Shown: piece after piece, positions 45,461 through 53,642 of the stretch
How positions within the stretch are numbered: the first letter of the stretch is position 1
Layout: each line of letters starts with the position of its first letter
Source: Chloracidobacterium sp.
GTDB lineage: Bacteria > Acidobacteriota > Blastocatellia > Pyrinomonadales > Pyrinomonadaceae
Reading direction: 5' to 3'
Assembly: GCA_025362075.1 (NCBI GenBank)
Contig: JANYIL010000258.1
Span: 547 to 64,546, forward strand
DNA: 64,000 bases
Made by a program: the position numbers and the translations under genes
The notes under the pieces: generated by a model
Database searches by the model: none
The model's input: the letters and a program-made list of their open reading frames with translations, nothing else
Told to the model about the DNA's origin: nothing

Positions 45461-46495
45461 ATGACCGCTATGAAAGCTCTAATTCTTGCCGGAGGCCAGG
45501 GAACGCGGCTTCGCCCGTTGACCACATACACGCCTAAGCCAATAGTGCCGCTCGTAAATCGGCCGTTCGCCCTCTATCAGATTGAGTTGCTTCGACGCTC
45601 AGGTATCACCGACATAACTTTTTCGCTCAACTATCAGCCTGAGAAAATCGAGCAGACTCTCGGCGATGGCAGCAAATACGGGGTCAGGATACGTTACATA
45701 TGTGAGCCGAGTCCGATGGGTACGGGCGGGGCCTTTAGGTTCGCGATGGAGGGCTCGGACGAGCCTACCGTTGTATTAAACGGGGACATTTTGACGGATC
45801 TGCGGCTCTCTGACCTTATCGACTTTCATCAGGCGAATAACGCGCGTGTTTCCATAGGTCTCGCCCGCGTTTCCGACCCAAGCCGCTATGGCGTCGCGGA
45901 ACTGGACGTGTCGGGTCGCGTGTTGAGATTTATCGAGAAGCCCCAGGGGAAAGTTACTCCAAACACGATCAATGCCGGCATTTACATTATCGAGCCTTCG
46001 GTGCTCGAAACAATACCGGAGCGTGAAAACCGGTCGTTCGAGTACGACGTTTTCCCCAAACTGTTGGAGCAGAAAGAGCGTTTCTACGGGTATGTGATGG
46101 AAAACGCCTACTGGCGCGACATTGGAACGCTCGAAAGCTATCTGGCCGCACACCTGGATTACCTCGCTGGCCGACTAGCCCGTTTCGAATTAGAGGATCA
46201 AGGCCCTGCGACAGCGGCGCATTCCGGCGTCGACGCGGCATCGGTAATTGGCGAGGACTGCATCATTCAACCCGGTGTCGAGATAGTTAATTCGGTCATA
46301 GGGCCCGGTGTACATATTGAAGAAAAGGCCTCAGTTAAACACTCGGTCATCTGGTCGCACTCAAGAGTCGCGATCTCGGCCGACATACAGCATTCCCTCA
46401 TCGGACAGAGCTGCCACATAGGCCGTAATGCAAGGGTACGCCGGGGATCGGCACTTGGCGACAGAGCACATCTGCCGGACTATACAGTGGTCTGA
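45461..46495 (+). CDS. NDP-sugar pyrophosphorylase (mannose-1-P guanylyl- / glucose-1-P nucleotidyl-transferase family) with C-terminal LbH domain
   Basis: KALILAGGQGTRLRPLTTYTPKPIVPL, followed by hexapeptide-repeat-like VIGEDCIIQPGVEIVNSVIGPGVHIEE. Confidence 0.85.
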   Translation: MTAMKALILAGGQGTRLRPLTTYTPKPIVPLVNRPFALYQIELLRRSGITDITFSLNYQPEKIEQTLGDGSKYGVRIRYICEPSPMGTGGAFRFAMEGSDEPTVVLNGDILTDLRLSDLIDFHQANNARVSIGLARVSDPSRYGVAELDVSGRVLRFIEKPQGKVTPNTINAGIYIIEPSVLETIPERENRSFEYDVFPKLLEQKERFYGYVMENAYWRDIGTLESYLAAHLDYLAGRLARFELEDQGPATAAHSGVDAASVIGEDCIIQPGVEIVNSVIGPGVHIEEKASVKHSVIWSHSRVAISADIQHSLIGQSCHIGRNARVRRGSALGDRAHLPDYTVV

Positions 46496-46792
46496 TCTCA
46501 GGTATTTTGCACATAGCATATTGGCCGTGTGAGAGATTTCTCATACCGTCATACTTCAGGCAAAAACTTTGATATTCCTACCTGATCAAATGAAACAGCC
46601 GCGCACAGTATGATTTTTCGCATGATTACGATCTTATAACATCGCGCTCCTCGTAATCTATGCCGAGACCGTTTTCCAATGCTCTCCGGTTTTTACGTAA
46701 ACATCTATAGCGGCTCACCCCGTTTACCGTATCCTTTCCCGTCCATAAACCGGTCGCCTTAACGAGAGCGACGTTATCATATATCCGTACGT

Positions 46793-47122
46793 TTACTTCC
46801 TTGCACTAGCGATCACGGCGAGACTCCCGATGCCATCTGTACGTGCGTGGTAACCGTCGGCGGTAAGGGCCGCGCTGCCCATTTCCTTCCCGACCTTGAT
46901 ACGAAAGATCGTAACCCGTTCATTGCCGAGAAAGCCGACGAGACCGCCGACCGCAACTACCCAGAGGTATGTAACCTCGCGAGGATGAAAGAAGCGGTAT
47001 ATTGACTCGTAACCCGCAAAGGCCGCGCTCGCGAGAATTGTCAGAACGACGATGAGTCCTGCAAGGTCTTCGACGCGTCCAAATCCATAGGTGAATCGCT
47101 TGCTCGCCTTTCGATTGCTCAA
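46793..47122 (-). pseudogene. Cation-diffusion-facilitator (CDF) transporter fragment
   Basis: FTYGFGRVEDLAGL...SAALTADGYHARTDGIGSLAV corresponds to central CDF helices. The N-terminal helices and the whole C-terminal half are missing. Confidence 0.6.
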
Positions 47123-47487
47123 CAGAAAAGCAATGCCAAGCGGGAGCCCAACAGGAATTTCAATATAAATCTTTAGGAATATAAGAATTTAAACTCTTCT
47201 CTTAGTTCTTATATTTCTTTATTCTTACAATTTCTTTTAAGATTCCGTCACCTTAGCCGAGCGTCGTCCGAGGTGACACTCGGCGATATTGTATGACACA
47301 AAAGTCACCACATGATATTGGGGTGTCTAGACGGTGTGTTTCTTCATACCGTGTGTGGTCTAGTGACACTCGGACGAAACCCCCGTAAACACTGGCCAGG
47401 CCGCTGAAATCGACGCGAATATGGCCCCCTTAGCGGTGATTTTTCAAAATTTTTCACCACTAATTTGATTGAAAACTGCTGCCGTTT

Positions 47488-47600
47488 CCGCTATGGGAAA
47501 ATAGGTGCCGGCCGAAGGCCGTGCGACTTTGTTTTTCACGTTCCGTTCCCATAAATTTCCACCCAGATCTACGACCCTCGAGCTACCCGCTACGGGAAAG
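47488..47600. repeat. Iteron-like short repeats CCGCTAYGGGAAA (2 direct, 1 partial inverted)
   Basis: ccgctatgggaaa (~47488), ttcccataa (inverted, ~47546) and cccgctacgggaaag (~47586), within a 1.2-kb gene-free stretch near the RepA-like gene. Confidence 0.35.
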
Positions 47601-48010
47601 AGGGACCTCCGACTTGATCATCCACGCCTCCCACTCCGAAGGGCCATTGGCGATAATTTTTCCGGACATTAACCCCTGATCCCCGGATTTCGCTGTCAGT
47701 TTAGGGGTATAGGGGTATGTTTTTTAGAACCAACCTTTACGGCGTTTTTGATGCCTGCTCCGAATGCGTCTGATAATAACCATTAGGTTAAAGAGTCGGT
47801 GGCTACTTTATGTTCCGGCAGTCTCTTACACGTGAGAGATAGTCAAGCGGACACGGAGCTACACGATGCAACACAATTATGCAACGCCTTTCCTGGCATC
47901 GTAACAAACGATCGTCGAGAACAAACGTAGCCGCAACTATAACTAACACAGTAGGTTACGTGGAATCGCAGCCGATTTTTTTCGATTAATCGAATGGCTC
48001 TTAAAAAATT

Positions 48011-48153
48011 AACACAACACAACAGAGACAAAGCGAAAAATTACATAAGTATTATGCTATGGCATCCGCTAGCGGAAATTGGAACTGATTCTGTCGATAG
48101 TTGTTCGAGAACGAGAGGTATCAGAAAATCTCGGTTTGCTGTTGTGTTGTGTT
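48011..48153. repeat. Perfect 15-bp inverted repeat (AACACAACACAACAG ... CTGTTGTGTTGTGTT) separated by 113 nt
   Basis: Read directly from the sequence. It lies ~170 nt downstream of the RepA-like gene's stop. Confidence 0.6.
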
Positions 48154-48325
48154 TACGCTTCTGCATCGCCGAACCTTGATCTTTAGGTGCCATCAAATGC
48201 TAACTGCCATCCCGGATCCCGTAGAATAATAGAAAGGTCTAATTATTCAACCTCAAGGCAGAATAATTAGACCTCTTTTCTACTTTAATCGAAGTGCAAA
48301 AGTGTACTAACTATAAAGGCTTACA

Positions 48326-49435
48326 CTATTGCACTTTCTGATAAACGCCATGACATACTTTGACTACTGTACCTAGCTCGACCGCCCGTTTGAGCTCGTT
48401 TTTAACAGTCCGACCCAGGATCTGATCGCTCAATTTGCCTATAAGTTCTCCAGTCTTATAGGTGTGCTCTCCTTCAAACGATGAAAGAAGTTTCTGATAA
48501 GCTGATTCTACCTCGAGCTTTTGGGCAATGGGCCTCAGCCAACGGCTTTCCGCTCCGATCTGAAAGGTTGTATCGACGAACTGTTCACCTTTTACCTTGC
48601 CGCATTCTAGTTTTACCGAGTTTGTTTTCTCGTTGAACTCGAGATTCATAATCAGGTCACTGTGATCCGCAAAACAACTTGCCCCACGTCCTTTCTGGCT
48701 TTTTTCTCTGGGGGATTTGTAGTCCAGGCCTTTCTTTCCCATGTGATGGGTAGCAAGCAACGCAGAATCCGTATCTCTCGCCAAACGACGAAGAGGATTC
48801 ATGATCTTATTCTTGATTTCCGCGTTGTCGTTCTCGTTCTCTATTCGCATGGCGGAGGAAATCGTATCAACGATGATGAGATCGGGCCCAAATTCCCGAA
48901 GCCTATGCGTGATCAGCTCTCGGTGAGCGGGGTCAGAGAGGGAAAAACAGGATCCGGTCCGGTCCTGTTCTTCGCAAAAGATCAGTGCATTCTTATCAAG
49001 TAATTCATGCTCATACTCAGTTAACCCGGAAGCCATGGTCAACAAATCCGATTGTAACCGGATCTTATTGTCTTCGAAATCGAGCAAGGCGACCTTGTGA
49101 GGATGAGATTTGCAAAGGATTGGGGCAAATCCTTTGCCAGTACAGAGGCTGATCAAAAGATTTCGGCACAATGTGGATTTGTTGCCGTTCGTTATAGCAT
49201 TTAACATACCCACGTAGCCTCTCGCCAAGCCGAAAATGATCGGTTCAAACGGCGGCAACTTCAGCGATCGAAAATTTGCAAACGTTACGCCAACCGAATA
49301 ATTCTTCGGGTCGCCATCTGCGGAAAGGTGATTGGGATTTATATTGTGGGAAGTGACCTGTGTGGTCCGGTTCATATTTGTGTTCATATTTTGTGGAAGT
49401 TCTCCTTGAGATTTTGTGTCGTGCCGGTTCGGCAA
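48326..49435 (-). CDS. RepA-like RecA-fold ATPase (AAA_25-like), mobile-element replication/helicase-type protein
   Basis: GMLNAITNGNKSTL is a Walker A-like motif with Asn in place of the last Gly. DLIIVDTISS is Walker B. LLATHHMGKKG is also present. The TTG start is uncertain. Confidence 0.6.
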   Translation of the reverse strand: MPNRHDTKSQGELPQNMNTNMNRTTQVTSHNINPNHLSADGDPKNYSVGVTFANFRSLKLPPFEPIIFGLARGYVGMLNAITNGNKSTLCRNLLISLCTGKGFAPILCKSHPHKVALLDFEDNKIRLQSDLLTMASGLTEYEHELLDKNALIFCEEQDRTGSCFSLSDPAHRELITHRLREFGPDLIIVDTISSAMRIENENDNAEIKNKIMNPLRRLARDTDSALLATHHMGKKGLDYKSPREKSQKGRGASCFADHSDLIMNLEFNEKTNSVKLECGKVKGEQFVDTTFQIGAESRWLRPIAQKLEVESAYQKLLSSFEGEHTYKTGELIGKLSDQILGRTVKNELKRAVELGTVVKVCHGVYQKVQ

Positions 49436-49527
49436 GGCACGACAGATTAAAGACGGTTAACGGGGATTGGACCAGATCGAAATGGAGGTTTCCAACCTTC
49501 ATCGCGATCCGCCATGTTTCGGGTTAT

Positions 49528-49785
49528 TTAGGAATTCGCGACGGCGTATCGTTCGCGAGACGCTAAATAGTCAGTGAGATTTTTTAGCGTATAAACGACT
49601 CGGACACCTCCGACACGCGAGAAAGATACCTCGCCCCGTAATCGGATACGTTGGGGCGTTATCCGGCTTACTCTGAGCCAATCTGCGGCTTCGGGTTCGG
49701 TAAGGACCTGTGGGAATTTAGTTGAGATGCTTCTCAGTGTATCCGTAGAAGAAGCGGCGGGCGGACATAAGAAATTATCAATCAT
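49528..49785 (-). CDS. Excisionase/MerR-type HTH small DNA-binding protein
   Basis: VLTEPEAADWLRVSRITPQRIRLRGEVSFSRVGGVRVVYTLKNLTDYL fits the excisionase-family HTH pattern. Confidence 0.55.
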   Translation of the reverse strand: MIDNFLCPPAASSTDTLRSISTKFPQVLTEPEAADWLRVSRITPQRIRLRGEVSFSRVGGVRVVYTLKNLTDYLASRERYAVANS

Positions 49786-50470
49786 TCAAGTCTCCAATTG
49801 AGTGGGTGTATCTCTCGAAAGAGAATGAAACGAGACAAGACCGCAAATTGCAAGATAAACTATCTTCGCAAAATGCCTATTGTAGAAATTATTTTTATTT
49901 TATTTGTGAGATGTTAGGTTTGGGTGGTAGTTAGTTTTTTGGTAACTCACATTATTCATATAGTAGCGCAAACTTTGAATTTTTTTCAGCTCTGCGTGCC
50001 GATTTGGGCCGCATTCCGGTAGAGCTTTCGGCTCTTTCAGAGATAGACGAAAAATAATCACCTAATCGGGCGGACTCGGTTGAGGGCATATTAGCCCCGG
50101 CCGAGGTCTTGAGCCTATCTAATCGCGGTTCAAGACGCGGGCAGCGCGCGGGGTGGCCGTTACCCATGAAGCAGTCATGATTCCTTCGTCGGCTCATGTA
50201 CGGTCTGGTTTCGGCGTGGCGTTTCCGGAAATGGCGGGGTGGAGAAAGCCAATCCGGTCTGTCGTCGAAGAAATCCCGGCGTTGTAGATGAAAGATATTC
50301 GCGGCCTTACGCTCGCCCTGGGGCGGTACGGCCCAACGCGAGATCGTTGCGTCCCCTTGGCAAATCAGAATTCGAACGCTTTTAAATATTTCCGCCCGCA
50401 GATTCGCTTGTTCGCCTATTCAAAACTTTTGAAGAGTCAAAATGTGTGTAGAAATGTGTGCAGCAACTAC

Positions 50471-50501
50471 AAAAGAGAAAAGCGGCCTGTGGAGGCCGCT
50501 T
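50471..50501 (-). terminator. Intrinsic terminator of tRNA-Thr
   Basis: The minus strand reads AAGCGGCCT-CCAC-AGGCCGCTT followed by TTCTCTTTT. It lies 41 nt downstream of the tRNA 3' end. Confidence 0.7.
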
Positions 50502-50597
50502 AGGTTTATTAGGTAAGTATATTTATTTACTGCGGTTTATAGTGGAGCCGCCCAAGAGATTCGAACTCTCGACCTTTCGATTACGAATCGAATGCTC
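50475..50597. repeat. Right direct repeat (att-like) overlapping the intact tRNA-Thr
   Basis: Partner of 19511-19632, with a 76-bp perfect core. Confidence 0.9.
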
Positions 50598-50618
50598 TAC
50601 CAACTGAGCTAGGGCGGC
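50543..50618 (-). tRNA. tRNA-Thr (anticodon CGU), CCA encoded
   Basis: Manual fold of GCCGCCC-TA-GCTC-AGTTGGTA-GAGC-A-TTCGA-TTCGTAA-TCGAA-AGGTC-GAGAG-TTCGAAT-CTCTT-GGGCGGC-T-CCA. The acceptor stem is 7 bp and the anticodon loop has CGT at positions 34-36. Confidence 0.9.
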
Positions 50619-50793
50619 CTGCTGTGAAGTGCCGGCTTAACGCCGGTTCGGCCCTTTTGCAGAGCACCCTTTGCAGACCGTCTACAAAAAGCCGAATCTC
50701 AAAATATACGACGAGCCGGTTACTGTGTCAAGGCAGTGTGGGAAGATGATCTTGGGTGTCGTCTTGGTTTGTAGCTGCAAATGAGGAGCAGAA

Positions 50794-50915
50794 TTCTTCT
50801 TCGCGTCCTCTGCGTAAAACTCTGCGGCCTCTGCGTTAACCTGGCTTTGAACGCAGAGGCCGCTTGAGGAAGACGCAGTGCACGCCGAGATTTTTGCAGA
50901 GAACACGGAGAAGAA
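50794..50915. repeat. REP-like intergenic element, copy 3
   Basis: ...cctctgcgtaaaactctgcggcctctgcgttaacctggctttgaacgcagaggccgcttgaggaag... Confidence 0.8.
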
Positions 50916-51013
50916 ATACCCCTGCCAGCGGCTGCATACACCTTGGTTTTGAATTTCGCGTCCGTCTACGCTAACATTTGCTGTCAGGAACAAAACGTAC
51001 GTTGTATAATACT

Positions 51014-51544
51014 ATGGATAGAGACTTTATTGCCCGGCTCGACAAGACATTCGACGGAGCGACTATGGCTGAGGTCGCGCGGCGACTGAAGATACCGCAT
51101 GCGACCGTTAGAAATTATTATAAAGAGGCCCGTTTGCCGGCGCCTGAGGTGCTGATAAAGATTGCCAATGAAACGAGCGTGGCCCTCAACTGGCTGCTCA
51201 CCGGCTCCGGCGACATGTACGGCGGCGCCCGGCCGCCTATCGGTCTAGGCAAATTTCTTGAGGAGCGGATCGTCGAGATCGTCGATCAGCGGATCGCCGC
51301 GCTCAGCAAGGAAGCGGTGACCGAGCAGCGCTCCGTCGATATCCGCGAAACATTTGATGTCGAGGCTGCGGTATCGAAATTCGACGACCCGCAGCTCGTG
51401 ATGAGCGAGTGGTTTCGCCACGAAGGCCGCGACTACCCGCAGGACTATGGCATCGTCTTTTTCCGCGGCTGGGAGACGTTTTCTCAGGAAGACAAGATTG
51501 CGGCCTTGCATGACGCGAAAAGGGTGCTTGACCGGTCGTTGTAG
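51014..51544 (+). CDS. XRE/CI-type HTH transcriptional regulator
   Basis: MAEVARRLKIPHATVRNYYKEARLPAPEVLIKIANETSVALNWLLTGSG is a phage-repressor-type HTH. The start is moved to the first ATG. Confidence 0.75.
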   Translation: MDRDFIARLDKTFDGATMAEVARRLKIPHATVRNYYKEARLPAPEVLIKIANETSVALNWLLTGSGDMYGGARPPIGLGKFLEERIVEIVDQRIAALSKEAVTEQRSVDIRETFDVEAAVSKFDDPQLVMSEWFRHEGRDYPQDYGIVFFRGWETFSQEDKIAALHDAKRVLDRSL

Positions 51545-51745
51545 GCTAAAGCGAACGATCATTGCAGAAAGGGCGTAACACGAACGATGAATGTTATGCC
51601 CTTGCTCACGCGCGGGACTTCTGCATCCGGAACACGGGCCAACCATTTTTTCGCACAAGATTAGGCTACTACCAAAAATTCCACTTGCGTTTTCAGGCAT
51701 CTGTGTTACAATGTTGCATTGACAGTACATCCGCTCTCGTCTCTT

Positions 51746-52192
51746 ATGCGGTTCGCTATAGAAAAAATCTCGCAGCTTAGGACCGGTTGGAACGAGCGCC
51801 CGCTTGGTGAGGACGATGTTTACCGGCTATGTAAACGGTACAAGGTGACTGTGCAGGAAATGCCGCTGCGCGTTGGCGGGTTTTATTACCGCGTGATGGG
51901 GCGGGATTTTATCGCGGTTGACAGCCGGCTGGCCGGGCCGCAAAAGCTAGCTGTGCTGTTTCACGAACTCGGCCATTTTCTGCTCCACATGCCCGAATCG
52001 GGTGCGACCGCCAATTTTCACGGCGTCGGGCTGCCCACGCGAAAGGAGCACGAGGCAGACGTGTTTGCGTCATGTGCTCTGATCCCGCGCACCCTCATCG
52101 AGTGTCGGACGGCCCAGGAGCTGATCGAAGATGGTTTCCCCGCCGAGATGGTGGCCGAGAGGTTTGCGATCTTTGAGCGTTACGCGATTTGA
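51746..52192 (+). CDS. ImmA/IrrE-family metallopeptidase
   Basis: HEXXH motif in LFHELGHFLLH, followed by EHEADVFASCALIP. It pairs with the upstream XRE gene. Confidence 0.75.
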   Translation: MRFAIEKISQLRTGWNERPLGEDDVYRLCKRYKVTVQEMPLRVGGFYYRVMGRDFIAVDSRLAGPQKLAVLFHELGHFLLHMPESGATANFHGVGLPTRKEHEADVFASCALIPRTLIECRTAQELIEDGFPAEMVAERFAIFERYAI

Positions 52193-52413
52193 CCCTAACG
52201 GGACGTTTCTTAACCTTATCTTTACAACACTCTTCGCCATATTCATCCAGAACTGCGTCATAATCCTAAACAAATACAAGCGGTGTCCGGTATCGATGCG
52301 TTCCGGGCGATTTCGTTATTTTTGAAGGAGTAAAATGATGCGGCCTGGAAAGCTTTTTTCTTTGATTTAACTTAATGGCCGTCAAATTAGCGTAAAATTG
52401 CCGTCACGGAAGA

Positions 52414-53334
52414 TCATTCCAAACCGACAAAATCGGTCAGCGTCAGGTTGTCGTCTACTTGCACCGTTTTCGTGCCAAAGCGGAAGAGTCTTGATGATAC
52501 GCGGAAAACGTAGGTCGATCCGGCGGCGACATTGTCAAATGTATAAAACCCGAACGAGCTGGTCGTCGTGGTCCGGACGACGTTGTTTGGAGCGGTCATC
52601 GAAACCGTGGCGTTTCGCAGGCCGCGGCCGTCGGATGTGAGGACCTGGCCGCTGACGGTTACGAGCCTTGGGGTAGGCGTAGGCGTAGGCGTCGGAGTTT
52701 CCGTTGGGCTTGGAGTCGGCGTCGGCGTTGGCGTCGGGGTCGCGGCATTTGACTCGACCGTCGCTGAGGTGCCGTAAGGCTGATCGCCGTTGCTCGTGCC
52801 GTCGTTATTTGCCTGATTTCCGTAGGCGTAAAATGTAACCTGGCCCATATCCGTGGCCGGAGCTGTCCAGTTAAATACCCATTGAGCCCCGCCCATCTGG
52901 CCGGCAAACGTGCCGATCTGGTTGTGTTCAATATAATTTCGGTCAAAATCGTTGTTGTGAAACGTCTGCGTAAACGGCGACAGGTTTGCGAACGACCCCG
53001 CCGCCACACCCGAAGCACCGAGCGCCGTCAACTGAAACCCCCAACGCCGCCGCGACGAATCGGGTGTCGTGTGGCGGGCGATGATTTGATAGGTCTGGCC
53101 CGGGTCATAGCTGGCCGGAGCGATGATTACAAAACTCCCGAAACCGGGAACCGGGGCGTGGCAAAAGGCACAGTTTTCCTCACCGGGGGCCCCGGTCACG
53201 CCGGGCGGCGGGCCGTTGATGTTCGATTCGACCGTGCGGACCGTTCGCAGGCTTGTCAGGACGCCGACCATGCCCATTGCCGCAAAGCAAAGTACCAGTA
53301 CCAACTTCACCTGTTTGAGTCTGATCTTACTCAT
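52414..53334 (-). CDS. Secreted protein: CxxCH-containing N-domain, Pro/Thr linker, conserved C-terminal CarboxypepD_reg-like domain ending GLE
   Basis: Signal anchor. GVTGAPGEENCAFCH. Linker PTPTPTPTPSPTETPTPTPTPTP. C-terminal domain VSGQVLTSDGRGLRNATV...FGFYTFDNV...VSSRLFRF...TDFVGLE. Confidence 0.7.
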   Translation of the reverse strand: MSKIRLKQVKLVLVLCFAAMGMVGVLTSLRTVRTVESNINGPPPGVTGAPGEENCAFCHAPVPGFGSFVIIAPASYDPGQTYQIIARHTTPDSSRRRWGFQLTALGASGVAAGSFANLSPFTQTFHNNDFDRNYIEHNQIGTFAGQMGGAQWVFNWTAPATDMGQVTFYAYGNQANNDGTSNGDQPYGTSATVESNAATPTPTPTPTPSPTETPTPTPTPTPRLVTVSGQVLTSDGRGLRNATVSMTAPNNVVRTTTTSSFGFYTFDNVAAGSTYVFRVSSRLFRFGTKTVQVDDNLTLTDFVGLE

Positions 53335-53642
53335 ATTACCCGTCGGGCTGACATATTAGACGCAACTCGCAAGTCCCGTGCCTTAATTTTTTGACCACCC
53401 CCAACTCGTCGTTTTACGGCTAAGTCATTAAGGCGGGTAACTATCGACGGCGAAAAAACGGCCCGACGTGATCCGAGGATCAACGAAAATTATGTAGTGA
53501 TTTCCAATTATTTGGATTATCAAAGTCGATCTCGGCCGGTACCTCGTTGCGTGTCTCGTGCGGATCGTCGTAGCTGCTTCTATTTACTATGATATACTTT
53601 TTGCGCGATCCGGTACCAATTTATTTTTTAGGAGGCCACCCC

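Larger units (their letters stand above)
19511..50597. mobile_element. ~31-kb tRNA-Thr-associated genomic island (NRPS + EPS cargo; integrase not detectable, probably immobilised)
   Basis: The segment is bounded by direct repeats containing the tRNA 3' half. The end next to the intact tRNA carries an excisionase-like HTH, a RepA-like ATPase, gene fragments and visibly AT-richer non-coding DNA. Confidence 0.55.

Noticed and set aside
48011-48153. The inverted repeat flanking ~113 nt, considered as a retron msr/msd locus.
   Set aside because: No reverse-transcriptase ORF is present anywhere in the window, and I could identify no conserved msr features. It is kept only as a generic structured or origin-like element.
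49786-50474. Search for an integrase or its remnant next to the intact tRNA, including the 81-aa ORF 49952-50197(-).
   Set aside because: I translated the reverse strand in all frames by eye. No R..H.LRH...Y tyrosine-recombinase or serine-recombinase motifs appear, and the space is too short for an intact gene. A heavily degraded remnant cannot be excluded without a profile search.
52670-52745. GC-rich short tandem repeat (GGCGTAGGCGTAGGCGTCGG...), considered as a VNTR or CRISPR-like array.
   Set aside because: On the minus strand it encodes the Pro/Thr linker (PTPTPTPTPSPTETPTPTPTPTP) of the 52414-53334 protein. It has no spacer structure.
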